A stretch of DNA of 64,000 nucleotides, from positions 1-64,000 of IMG/VR virus record IMGVR_UViG_3300020417_001527. One strand, given 5' to 3'. The position numbers and the translations under genes were made by a program. The notes below the pieces were generated by a model. The model saw nothing but the letters and a program-made list of their open reading frames with translations. It made no database searches and was not told the DNA's origin. The stretch is from a virus. Positions 47,954-57,696 of the stretch are shown here, in pieces (position 1 is the stretch's first letter; the number at the start of each line of letters is the position of its first letter).

Positions 47954-49152
47954 TATTCGCTCCCTATAATTTCTTCTAGTGTATTTAAAACTTCTTCACT
48001 TGTATCATTCAATGGATACTCTGTGAGTATTGCCTGTTTAATTGTATTACGAGTAAAATCTAATGCAAATCTTTTGCCTGTTTCTGGATTCATACCTGTG
48101 TTTACTAGAAATACATTTGAATTGTGTTGTTCAACTTTTTCCATGAGCATATCGCTGTACTCTTTTACTTTACGTGGCATGAATGGTGATCCATAACAGG
48201 GTGAAAGTGTGCGTTGTATTTCTGTTACTCCATGTTCGGTGCCAGGCATTGTGCTTGTGTATCCTGTTTCAAAAAATCTACGTACTGCATTGCCGGATAT
48301 TCTACTGATAGCAGGAAACACACCTTCAGCATCCATGGTTAAAAAGAATATGTTATCTGCATGTGAGAAGTTACTGCGTTTGTGATACGCATTTTCAACA
48401 CAGCTGATAGGATAACTCAGTCTTGCGTTGGCGGCCTCTGGATTTTCTTCTACCAGTGTTCCTCTTTGTCTTGCTACTTCGACTGCATTAAAAATAGTTG
48501 GATGTGTCTCAGGTGTTAAGCCTTCGCTTTTTGCATAGCAACCTGTTTCAATCATTCTAATACCCATGTTGCTCCAACAAACTTCATCATCTGATATCAG
48601 TTTATAATCTGGATCACTTGATAATGTAGTTTTGCCTGTGCCTGATAATCCAAACATTAGGTTTGTGGTTTTACGATATGTAAATGCTCCGCAATGCATT
48701 GGAAGTCTATCATACTTTGGCAGTATAAAACTTATAATACCAAACACACCTTTTTTAATTTCTCCTAAAAATGTTGTACCTGCAATTAACAATAGTTTCT
48801 TGTCAAGGTGAACATATATTTTAGGCTCCATATCAATTGATGTGTTGTGCCATATTGTCCAATCACCTTCTTGATCTTCTGCTGTAACTTTAAACATGTT
48901 CCACACAAATTGTTTGTGTCTTTCGTCATTGGTGTGTAGTGTAAAATTAGTACCCACAGTTTCAAAATTCATAGGCTCTAAATAATTTGTTTGTTGTTGT
49001 AGGAGATGATAAAAATCATCAAAGTCTGCTTCAAGTCCTATTTTGTTAAACTTGGGTCTTGATAAATCTAAGTCTTTGGCTTGTTCACCAAAAAAGAATT
49101 TGTTTTCTGGTGAGCGACCGGTTGGGTGAGTGGTTATGTTTATGTTGGGCAT
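47953..49152 (-). CDS. pckA: Phosphoenolpyruvate carboxykinase (ATP), compact form
   Basis: TGRSP, GEIKKG, PMHC, FGLSGTGKTTLS, ISDDE, GCYAK, NARLSYP, PCYGSPF, LVNTG. Confidence 0.9.
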   Translation of the reverse strand: MPNINITTHPTGRSPENKFFFGEQAKDLDLSRPKFNKIGLEADFDDFYHLLQQQTNYLEPMNFETVGTNFTLHTNDERHKQFVWNMFKVTAEDQEGDWTIWHNTSIDMEPKIYVHLDKKLLLIAGTTFLGEIKKGVFGIISFILPKYDRLPMHCGAFTYRKTTNLMFGLSGTGKTTLSSDPDYKLISDDEVCWSNMGIRMIETGCYAKSEGLTPETHPTIFNAVEVARQRGTLVEENPEAANARLSYPISCVENAYHKRSNFSHADNIFFLTMDAEGVFPAISRISGNAVRRFFETGYTSTMPGTEHGVTEIQRTLSPCYGSPFMPRKVKEYSDMLMEKVEQHNSNVFLVNTGMNPETGKRFALDFTRNTIKQAILTEYPLNDTSEEVLNTLEEIIGSE

Positions 49153-50675
49153 TATTCTTCCTCAGTTGCTACATTTACTCTGGCACTTTCAATGCTAGTT
49201 ACTCGTTGAAATAGCTGATTGTCAGCCACGTCAGTTCCTTCGTAAAAATTATTTGGATTCTTTTTGCGTAGACCTGTGATTAAATCTACAAAACTTTTTT
49301 CCAAATTGATACCACAGCGTATAATATTAGGCAGATAACTGTAAAGGTTACTTGCATAAAATAGTGTGGTTTTGTCTTCTGGCACATGTTCTAATATTTG
49401 ATCAACATCATAAACCATGTCCAGTTGTATAAATTTAAATTTGCATTCAGTGGTTACTCTGTTCCAAAAGTCTAACCATGAATCAAACCCTCCGCATATC
49501 TCATACAGTAGATTCATGCGTTCGGGTATTTGATGTCCGTTGTGTGCATGATAGCCATTCTTTTCACACCATTCAATGGCTACACGTTCATAGTCCCTGC
49601 CGTCCCAGTTTTCAACCAAATACTGTTTCAGTTCCACAGACGGACCACTTATATCATACCACGTGACTTCGGTGCCTTTTTCCCAACCATGGTGGAACAT
49701 GTGATGCAACAATTTCCAACCTGCGGCCACGCCCACATAGTTGTTAAATTTAATATGGCTGGTTTCTCTAGCACAGTACCAATTGGTATTTGAAACTTCT
49801 GTGTTGATCAAATATATAAAATTTTCATAGCTCTGAAACACATAGTTTTGTAACCATATGGCATCTTCATCCACATGTGGTTCTACTTCGTCCCATGTTT
49901 TTTTGCCTATCAATAAATCCTCAAGGTGCTTACTGCCTTCTTCAGGATATACGCTGACCTTGTTACAGCGTAATTCGTCTGGCAAGTTCCACACACGATA
50001 TCTATTGTTCAGTGATTTTACAATCAATACATTGCCTGGTTGATTAACAAACTCTACTTCATTTTCATTTAACAAACCTGGCAAGCCATCAACATAGGTT
50101 GGCGTGTAGTGGTCATGCATGTGTTCTTCTGAAGGTTTATAGTTTGCACACGCATCATTGCTCCATTCTTGATCAAGATCTGGCCAACCAATTTCTTTCC
50201 AAGATTGTAAATTCATTATCAAACATTGATGATGCCAATGTGGATAATCATATTGTTCTATTGTGTCACGCCAACTGGTAACTGCTTCACGTCCTTTTTT
50301 GTTTTTATTAATTTTTCTATCCAGTAGAATATGTCCTGCCACAGCCCATGGCTCTTCGTGTTTGTTCCATTTGTCTATCGTTTCCAGCAAAGCCATGTTC
50401 CACTTTTCATCTGTGGGCCAACAGCCATCATACCAAATAACTGCATAACGTTTGCCTATGTCATACATGTGTTTCATCCAGTAACGATCGTGTGATACAT
50501 TTAACTCTATAAAGTCACCACGCATTGAATTTTGTGCTTCAATGATTTGTATTTGATTCAGTTTTGTTTTCAGCATTGGCCATGATGCTGTGAGTCTGCT
50601 GTCTCTGATAAACACATTCACAATAGGCCAAGAGCTGTCTCTGTTGTAGTAGATATAGGTTTGATTAGTTAGCAT
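49152..50675 (-). CDS. Hypothetical two-domain protein
   Basis: 507 aa ORF within the operon; VAGHIL, HHQC, HDHYTP, GVAAG...WYDIS; family not recognised with confidence. Confidence 0.6.
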   Translation of the reverse strand: MLTNQTYIYYNRDSSWPIVNVFIRDSRLTASWPMLKTKLNQIQIIEAQNSMRGDFIELNVSHDRYWMKHMYDIGKRYAVIWYDGCWPTDEKWNMALLETIDKWNKHEEPWAVAGHILLDRKINKNKKGREAVTSWRDTIEQYDYPHWHHQCLIMNLQSWKEIGWPDLDQEWSNDACANYKPSEEHMHDHYTPTYVDGLPGLLNENEVEFVNQPGNVLIVKSLNNRYRVWNLPDELRCNKVSVYPEEGSKHLEDLLIGKKTWDEVEPHVDEDAIWLQNYVFQSYENFIYLINTEVSNTNWYCARETSHIKFNNYVGVAAGWKLLHHMFHHGWEKGTEVTWYDISGPSVELKQYLVENWDGRDYERVAIEWCEKNGYHAHNGHQIPERMNLLYEICGGFDSWLDFWNRVTTECKFKFIQLDMVYDVDQILEHVPEDKTTLFYASNLYSYLPNIIRCGINLEKSFVDLITGLRKKNPNNFYEGTDVADNQLFQRVTSIESARVNVATEEE

Positions 50676-51366
50676 GTATATTCCATTGTCTAATATAAGG
50701 TTTCAAAATATTGTTAAAAAACTTTTCTGCTCCCTTTTCGTTTGGGTGCAATTCATCTTGTTGCATGTCATCTCCATTGGATTTTACCCAATCCACATAG
50801 CCAAAATCTGTGTAGATGACACCAAACTGATCAAAACGATCTGTAATTTTTGTCCATATATCATCAGGCACAGCACCAGTCCAGCCTCTAAACACAATAA
50901 CTTGACATTGCAAAGCACACAAACAGATCAATGCAACAACATTTTCTAATGTAGCATTGAAACTTGTTACAAGATTTTCATGAACTTGCCCACCCCAACC
51001 GGATACAATTTTTGTATCAGTGAACATAGCAGGAGATTCTAATGTAAATTTTTGTTTATCAGGAAACATAGATTTAACCAATTGGAAATATTTTTCATCT
51101 GCTAATACTTCTAGTCGTTGCCAACCACTGAGTTGCCAAATCACATATGTGTTATCCAAGCCTTGATTAATTATATGTCTGTTCAATTGATGTGCATTAA
51201 CTGTGTTGCCTCTGCCACCCTTGGCAAAGTGTATGTGGTTTGATCCAGGAAGTAATTTATCTTTGTCGTAGCCTTTATAAAAAAGTTCTTCCCACAACAA
51301 TTCATACGACCACCTTGGCCAAGTCTGTATAGGAGATAAACTACAACCTAGTGTGACCAGTTTCAT
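50665..51366 (-). CDS. SGNH/GDSL hydrolase-like protein
   Basis: LGCSLS, GGRGN, QLS..QR, DELHPN. Confidence 0.6.
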   Translation of the reverse strand: MKLVTLGCSLSPIQTWPRWSYELLWEELFYKGYDKDKLLPGSNHIHFAKGGRGNTVNAHQLNRHIINQGLDNTYVIWQLSGWQRLEVLADEKYFQLVKSMFPDKQKFTLESPAMFTDTKIVSGWGGQVHENLVTSFNATLENVVALICLCALQCQVIVFRGWTGAVPDDIWTKITDRFDQFGVIYTDFGYVDWVKSNGDDMQQDELHPNEKGAEKFFNNILKPYIRQWNIHAN

Positions 51367-52523
51367 AGATATTTCTCCAGTAAACCTTCAAAGGTGTCTG
51401 CGTCTTTGTATCTTGTTTCTAATGCTTGTGCATAAGGCACAGTTTTTTTATTCCATAGTTTTGTTTGATCATTGCTGTCCAAGTATTTTACAATATGATC
51501 AAATCTACCATCTGCTTTTAATTTGTTTTGTATTGCTGATCTAATTGGTTCTGGGTAGACACCAATGTTCAAGTACTTGGGTGTTTGCAACATGTATGCT
51601 CCGATGTGAAACCAGTCAATACCCATACCTTCAAAGTAATTGTAAAATTCTGGTAACTGAAAACAATTAAATGCTTGTACTGTTAGCCCTAATCCCAAAC
51701 TCACATTTACAGGCGAAGCATACAACGTTCTAATATTACTTACCACATCTTCAAACTCGGCTCCTGTGCGTATGTAATTGTACACATCATGCACACCATC
51801 AACAGATATTTTTACTTGCACATGTCTAAACTGACGCCATAGTTCTATTAGATCATGTTTCTTAAATTGTAGATGTGTAAGATTTGATGCATAACGTAAT
51901 TGTATTTTGTGTCTGCGATGCTTGGGTATGCTGTTTAACAGCGTATAATGTTCTTCGTTAATAATTGGTTCACCACCTGAAAACTGTAGCCTATCAACAT
52001 CTTCCCAAAGCTCTGGATCGTTTTGCAAATACTCATACAGTTCTAATGGGCGTAGCAGTCTAGTTTCATGTTGAAATTCATTGTCCTCGGGTGAAAACTT
52101 GCGTATAATATCCAAGTCGTGTGTACGTTTGTATGAGCTTTCAGTACTGCACATTTTACACTTTAAGTTGCAAAAGTTTGAAACTTTACTTTCAATCCAC
52201 ATAGGTGCTGTTTCAACAGTACCATCTTCAAACGCTACAATTTTATCTGCGTAGTCGTCCCAAAAGTCACGTTCGTTTATTTCTCTGTTGCTTTCTATTC
52301 CGTTGGCTTCGTTGTGCCAACACACATGACATGCAGGGTGTTGTTCGCCACGCATGAGTGCCGTGCGTAATTCTTTGTACTTTGTACCATTCCATGTTTC
52401 ACGCAGATTACCAGCATTCATTATGCTTTCTTGTGCTTCACAGCAAGGCACAACATCTCCACCAGCACTGGTATAGATATGCATCCAGGGTAATATACAC
52501 ATGGTAGGACCTTTGGTGATCAT
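51363..52523 (-). CDS. Twitch-domain radical SAM protein
   Basis: CILPW...PCC...CHVC, CNLKCKMC, FSGGEP; start placed at the ATGA overlap (52523). Confidence 0.9.
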   Translation of the reverse strand: MITKGPTMCILPWMHIYTSAGGDVVPCCEAQESIMNAGNLRETWNGTKYKELRTALMRGEQHPACHVCWHNEANGIESNREINERDFWDDYADKIVAFEDGTVETAPMWIESKVSNFCNLKCKMCSTESSYKRTHDLDIIRKFSPEDNEFQHETRLLRPLELYEYLQNDPELWEDVDRLQFSGGEPIINEEHYTLLNSIPKHRRHKIQLRYASNLTHLQFKKHDLIELWRQFRHVQVKISVDGVHDVYNYIRTGAEFEDVVSNIRTLYASPVNVSLGLGLTVQAFNCFQLPEFYNYFEGMGIDWFHIGAYMLQTPKYLNIGVYPEPIRSAIQNKLKADGRFDHIVKYLDSNDQTKLWNKKTVPYAQALETRYKDADTFEGLLEKYL

Positions 52524-53650
52524 AATTTTAACAATCTCCAAAGCCTATCAAACGTGTTAACATCATCGCCGCGAATCTTTGCAAGTCGATCTATGTCTTT
52601 GCGTAATTCTTCTACACCTATATTGCTACCAGTACGTTTGCACATTTTTTTAACTTTTTTATAATACTTTTCAAACTTGTGTGCTTTAGGATGATACTGC
52701 ATAAACTGATTGTCCAGAGTATATTCTATTCTATCTTTGACCCAGTCTGGATACATTGCAATACCAAGATGCTTTGGTTCAAATACTGTTTGCAACATAA
52801 CATTGATATTGTAACGACCTTTAAAATAATGCACCACATCATAGATGTAAAGCACATTAAGTATGCCAACTGTGGTAGCCAGTTGCAGATTAACATTTGT
52901 ATCTTTGGCAAGTTTGTGCCACTTTAAAAATATTTGTTCTGTTTTAATCCAGTCAGCACCTTTGCGTAGATATTCAAACTGTTCATCTAGTGCATCTATA
53001 GATAAACTTATGTCCACCTGTTTAAATTTAAGCAGAGCAGACTCATCCATTTTGTTAGGATAAAATGTACAGTTGGTAAAAATTTCTAGTGCAATTTGTT
53101 TTGCATAACCACTTAGTGCTAAACGTTTTATTAGATTTAAAAACTGTCGATGCAGGAATGGCTCACCACCTGTAACTTTCATAAACTTGATGTTTTTAAA
53201 AATTTCAATATCTAGGTTATCTAAATCAAATTCATCTATGTATTTGCTTCTCACAGTCATGCCCATTTCTTTAGCATCACTGTCCCATTTGTTGCTCCAA
53301 TCAGAATCACAGGTAACACAACGTAGATTACATAACCTACCCACAACAATTTCCATGCCAGCAAATTCTATATCGTCATTGTCCCACAGTTCAAAACTTT
53401 CATGACGCATGGAAAAGTTGCCATTCTTTTCATCTTCATAACACTTCCAACAACCAGGCACATATTCATTGCTCAACATTTTTGCACGAATGTCAGTGAA
53501 CAGTTTGTCAAAGTTTTGTATTTTACCTTTGTCTTCTTTGGCTAAAAAGTTATGATTAAAACGACAGCAGGGCATCGCAGGATCGTTTGGAGTCACCTGG
53601 GCATGTTTAAATGGATATCTGCAAAAGAAACGACCGTGTTTGCTATTCAA
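52520..53650 (-). CDS. Twitch-domain radical SAM protein
   Basis: CRYPF...PCC...CWKC, CNLRCVTC, VTGGEP; probable TTG start at 53650 (ORF open to 53740). Confidence 0.88.
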   Translation of the reverse strand: MNSKHGRFFCRYPFKHAQVTPNDPAMPCCRFNHNFLAKEDKGKIQNFDKLFTDIRAKMLSNEYVPGCWKCYEDEKNGNFSMRHESFELWDNDDIEFAGMEIVVGRLCNLRCVTCDSDWSNKWDSDAKEMGMTVRSKYIDEFDLDNLDIEIFKNIKFMKVTGGEPFLHRQFLNLIKRLALSGYAKQIALEIFTNCTFYPNKMDESALLKFKQVDISLSIDALDEQFEYLRKGADWIKTEQIFLKWHKLAKDTNVNLQLATTVGILNVLYIYDVVHYFKGRYNINVMLQTVFEPKHLGIAMYPDWVKDRIEYTLDNQFMQYHPKAHKFEKYYKKVKKMCKRTGSNIGVEELRKDIDRLAKIRGDDVNTFDRLWRLLKL

Positions 53651-54554
53651 ACTTTTTGTGTTTCTTGTAGTACTTGATATGTTTTCTGATGTTAATGCGG
53701 TTGTAGGTTCCATCTCTGCTGTATTCGTCCCAGGCGTCATCGCCCTTGGCTATGTGTACAGTTTTACTTCTTTCAAGTCCAAACTGTTTGCATACTGCAT
53801 CTGCATGTTTGCTGTATACATTAGGAATAGTGTCAGGAGAAAAGTTTCTAATTAATTCTAACGCTATGCTTGTATTTAGATGTATGCCATGATGCCATTC
53901 TGTTTGCAAGTGTAAACTGCTATAATCTTCTCTGGTAAACACCATGCCTGCTCGCCAATTACCACTGCTTAAACTTTTGGTTGTGCTGAATGCTACTGCA
54001 CGAATTGGATCGTGTCCAAATTTAACTTCAATGTCTTCGCAACAACCAAACCATGCACAATCTACATATATTGGTATGCTTTTTTCGTAGCATTGTTCTA
54101 TGAGCCATTTCCAATACGGGTGCTTGTCACCATGTCCTGAGAATGGTGTGCTGATTATAACAGCATCACCTTTGCGTAGATTTTCATTTTCAATGTATTG
54201 TGTATGATCCCATTTGTATGCTACATCTCTGTGATAAGGATATTCTCCTTTAAAAACACGAATACGCTGACCCCGACTGGTACACATAAAGTGCCACCAA
54301 TCAAAGGCCTGCGTGGTACCCAAACTTATTACTCTATGTGGATAGAGATCTATATCCAACCCTCTAAATGAGTTGAGTTTACTGCTACCTATCCATTCTG
54401 GAAATTCTAGCAAAAATGCGTCCTGAGATTTCGGAAGGTCGGAGGCGTCTATACGGCTCCAAAAACCTGAGTCCTGTAGGTAATCAAAGTAAGGATTGTG
54501 CCAAATTGAATTGGCACTCTTTTCAAAGTTTGGGGTAGTCATAGTATTTCTCAT
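53643..54554 (-). CDS. PLP-dependent (fold type I) aminotransferase-like protein
   Basis: GTTQAFD, GEYPYH, STPFS, YVDCAW, FSTTK (Schiff-base Lys), RAG. Confidence 0.65.
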   Translation of the reverse strand: MRNTMTTPNFEKSANSIWHNPYFDYLQDSGFWSRIDASDLPKSQDAFLLEFPEWIGSSKLNSFRGLDIDLYPHRVISLGTTQAFDWWHFMCTSRGQRIRVFKGEYPYHRDVAYKWDHTQYIENENLRKGDAVIISTPFSGHGDKHPYWKWLIEQCYEKSIPIYVDCAWFGCCEDIEVKFGHDPIRAVAFSTTKSLSSGNWRAGMVFTREDYSSLHLQTEWHHGIHLNTSIALELIRNFSPDTIPNVYSKHADAVCKQFGLERSKTVHIAKGDDAWDEYSRDGTYNRINIRKHIKYYKKHKKFE

Positions 54555-55779
54555 GCCATGGTTTTAGTGCTGGTACAAGATCAAAATAGTTAGTATCTCT
54601 TATCCTGTCTAAATCTCCCATGTATTTCAAGAAGTGTTTGAATCGTTTCATTCTTTCTTCTTCTGTGAACTTTGGTGTTTGTAAACTTTTAATAACATTA
54701 TGGATGCCTGAGTTGTACTCACCGCCTGCACGATATTCCAATGTCTGTGGAATAAGCTGTACTTTAGAAAGTGCATCTTGTTTTATATCCTTGGGCAATA
54801 CATCAATGTCCAAATACCTAGGCGACACCACTGTGTTACTGAAACTGAACTCGACACCATAATCTAAATATGGTTTTAACCAACGCCATGTGTCCAGTAG
54901 AGTCATAACGTTGGCACTCATAGTAGTTATCGCAAAACAAATTCGTAGATTTGGAATGTCTAAAAATGTTTTAACATTCTCTTCTAGATCTTCTGCTGTG
55001 TATTTGCCACCACGTAGAATACTGTACATTTCACCTGCACCTTCAATGCTGATGTACAGTTGTATTTCTTTAAAGTGTGGAAACAGTTCTAAAAATTCTG
55101 GATCCAACACAGTTGCATTGGTGCTGATATCTAGCGTGATATTTTGTGATGTTTTGTTGTTGACAAATTGCTGTAGGAGGTGTAGGTTGTGTTTTTCATA
55201 AAGAGGCTCACCACCACGAAGAGCAACAAACCTAAGATTCCTAAAGTGATCAGGGTTGGCAAAAAGATTATCAATGCAAGATACGTCCAGCCTGCCCCAT
55301 GGTGCTGTTTTGCTACGCCAGTCTCTGTGTTGTAATTTTTTCTCATCTTTTATCCATGCTGTACTTACCTCACCTGAACAATGCACACACTTTAAATTAC
55401 ACACATTGCTGGTTGTAAAGTCCAAGTATACAATGTCAGGATCATCTTCTAGTGTTACTGGTCGCTGTTTTAGTTCGTGTGGAAATATATCCCAAAAATA
55501 ATGTCGTCTGCTTTTACCAACCAACTGTTCTTTTTTCATGCAGGTTTCACAGAACTTGTTGTAGCGTCTTTTGATTATGTCTGTGCGTAAATCTCGTGCT
55601 ACATCACTGTGCCAAAGTTCCTGTAACGTGTTCTCATATAGACTGCCGTAAAAGCCTTTGAAATGCATGTCGCTGTTGATACGACCATCAGGATGTACTG
55701 TTAGACAATTCCAAGGTGCTAAACATAAAGGATTTGGAGCATCATAAAAGTTGTTATAGATAAGACTCACAGTTACCAT
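54523..55779 (-). CDS. Twitch-domain radical SAM protein with an altered N-terminal module
   Basis: CLAPWNC...(SD in place of CC)...CETC, CNLKCVHC, LRGGEP, LDRIR. Confidence 0.88.
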   Translation of the reverse strand: MVTVSLIYNNFYDAPNPLCLAPWNCLTVHPDGRINSDMHFKGFYGSLYENTLQELWHSDVARDLRTDIIKRRYNKFCETCMKKEQLVGKSRRHYFWDIFPHELKQRPVTLEDDPDIVYLDFTTSNVCNLKCVHCSGEVSTAWIKDEKKLQHRDWRSKTAPWGRLDVSCIDNLFANPDHFRNLRFVALRGGEPLYEKHNLHLLQQFVNNKTSQNITLDISTNATVLDPEFLELFPHFKEIQLYISIEGAGEMYSILRGGKYTAEDLEENVKTFLDIPNLRICFAITTMSANVMTLLDTWRWLKPYLDYGVEFSFSNTVVSPRYLDIDVLPKDIKQDALSKVQLIPQTLEYRAGGEYNSGIHNVIKSLQTPKFTEEERMKRFKHFLKYMGDLDRIRDTNYFDLVPALKPWHEKYYDYPKL

Positions 55780-56812
55780 CTCGTACCCAGTCGCTGGTTA
55801 AACAATGAATGCCACCATCCCAAAAGTATTGGTGCCTCCATTTCCAGTAAACTGTATCTATGCCACGTTTTTCTATAGCAGTACGAGCCTTTTTATCATC
55901 ACCTGTTACAATAACAGTCTTTTCGTCAATGCTTAGTACATTGACGTCAAAAACGCTTTCGTCAGCATAACCAACCCAATGTGAAAGCCATTTGCTGACG
56001 TATTCTCTGTGGAACCTACGCTTTCGTGTATTTAAAAAATCTTCAGGCATATCGTGTGTATCTTCTATTTCAATGATATCCCAACTTTTAAGTTCATCAG
56101 GTATCCAATCACGATTCCAAGTCATTAACACACCTGGTTTAAGCAATGCAATTTTTCCATCTATGTGTCCGCCAACTCTAACATCTATGAACTTGGTGTT
56201 AGGATACAATCTTTTTGTTATACGTTCAATCCAAGCTCTGCCATAGTTTGTGCCTTTGCCTCGTTCATCATGTCTTTGATATGGCTGTGAACACAATATC
56301 ACATCACCTAACTTGATCATGTTGGCGGCATGATATATCAACTTTAAGTCTTGTTCAAAGTCTATGTATTTTTGTCCTGTGTTAACCATCACACCTGGCA
56401 TACTGATCCAATCTCCTCCAATGAGCCAATTGGTTGTGTTTTCTCTATAATAGGCCATGTTTTCAAAGTAACGATTATCAGATCCTGTAAACATTTCAAA
56501 CATTGTTTCTCCATATGGAAACAGCGTGTCACGTGGCATCAGTGGATGATTAGGATATCCACATTTCATCCAAGGCAAGTTAACTTGTTCTTCACCATTG
56601 ATAGTAAATATGTTATCAGGACGAGTTACCATTACGTCAGCTGATTCAAGAATGCCCACAAGTGTTTGTAGGTCTTCTTCAGTTTCTTCAAATATTTGTC
56701 GCATAGATTCTCGCTGTTCGCGATTGCCATGCCAGTCAAATGTTTCTGGAGGATATGCTCTACCGAGCATTATTTGTTGTAGTGGCTGAAATTCAGTCCA
56801 TGCATTTATCAT
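55754..56812 (-). CDS. Amidinotransferase (glycine/inosamine-phosphate amidinotransferase family)
   Basis: WTEFQPL, MPRD, GHIDG, VNVLSI, GGIHC.T.D (catalytic Cys); AAGGAG SD. Confidence 0.88.
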   Translation of the reverse strand: MINAWTEFQPLQQIMLGRAYPPETFDWHGNREQRESMRQIFEETEEDLQTLVGILESADVMVTRPDNIFTINGEEQVNLPWMKCGYPNHPLMPRDTLFPYGETMFEMFTGSDNRYFENMAYYRENTTNWLIGGDWISMPGVMVNTGQKYIDFEQDLKLIYHAANMIKLGDVILCSQPYQRHDERGKGTNYGRAWIERITKRLYPNTKFIDVRVGGHIDGKIALLKPGVLMTWNRDWIPDELKSWDIIEIEDTHDMPEDFLNTRKRRFHREYVSKWLSHWVGYADESVFDVNVLSIDEKTVIVTGDDKKARTAIEKRGIDTVYWKWRHQYFWDGGIHCLTSDWVRDGNCESYL

Positions 56813-56844
56813 TCTTGGTTAGACTCCTTGTATGATAATTATAT

Positions 56845-57696
56845 ATGTATTTAACGGAGATGTCAATGCTAAAAACACAAATTGCAATAGATCCAGAAGC
56901 AAGATGCTCAAACAAACTGGATTATCATTACTATGGTCCAAATGATAACATCTATGATACCATGTATGAAGCATTTGAATCAGGTGAACCTGTAATCATA
57001 GACGGTCACACAGTAGATGGTATTGACATGGACTATTATAGTAATTTACCTGAGTGGTACACAGACAAGAATGCTTGGGTGAAGCCATGGTATCTGTCAG
57101 ATCTAAAACGTGAACCCATGCCTGCTAGTACCAAAGATATGGGATTAGACGGAGAAGAGTTTTTAAAACGACATAGAAAAGATCAAAAGCATTGGGACGC
57201 ATTTTTTGATCAATGTTTTCCAAAATACACAGTAAATGCTCGTATGCTTTCGCACAGATACAATCAACTGGTGCAAAACAATCTGCACTTGGATTTGCCA
57301 GATGAAGAACACACAGGCAACGACCATCAAATACGCATGTTTCTAAATTTGGATCGTAAAAAGCCACGCATACTTGCATTCAGTTACAGCGTAGAACAGT
57401 ATTTTAGATTGTACTATGATGAAAAAAGTCTTGACCAATTGGATAAAACCAACTATCATTCTTTTATAAAAGAACTGCGTGACAGATGTATTTGGAACGA
57501 AGACAAATGGGATCAGTTTCATTTGCCACGCCATTACATTACGTTTCCTCCTGGCTCTATGTGGTTTTTTAATGCACAATGGATTTCACATCAAATTATA
57601 TTTGGTAACAAACTGCAATGCTACGAAGCTGATATAGAAGTAGACAGTCTACAGTTTCCAGAACTAGGTGTGCCTAACAGAATTGCACAGCTATGA
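56845..57696 (+). CDS. Kdo hydroxylase (KdoO)-like Fe(II) oxygenase
   Basis: LHLD...IRMFLNL, FPPGSMWF, ISHQIIFG. Confidence 0.6.
   Translation: MYLTEMSMLKTQIAIDPEARCSNKLDYHYYGPNDNIYDTMYEAFESGEPVIIDGHTVDGIDMDYYSNLPEWYTDKNAWVKPWYLSDLKREPMPASTKDMGLDGEEFLKRHRKDQKHWDAFFDQCFPKYTVNARMLSHRYNQLVQNNLHLDLPDEEHTGNDHQIRMFLNLDRKKPRILAFSYSVEQYFRLYYDEKSLDQLDKTNYHSFIKELRDRCIWNEDKWDQFHLPRHYITFPPGSMWFFNAQWISHQIIFGNKLQCYEADIEVDSLQFPELGVPNRIAQL

Noticed and set aside
54441-54460. Imperfect GC-rich hairpin GGAGGCGTCTATACGGCTCC
   Set aside because: Short, mismatched, inside a CDS and without a clear U-tract; insufficient for a terminator or RNA element.
13819-56812. Saxitoxin-like gene set (amidinotransferase, carbamoyltransferase with PFIY peptide, APS kinase, sulfotransferase, PhyH, SDR, GNAT, GDSL, desaturase)
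   Set aside because: No SxtA-type PKS, cytidine deaminase or Rieske oxygenase was seen. The genes are dispersed and these families are generic tailoring enzymes.
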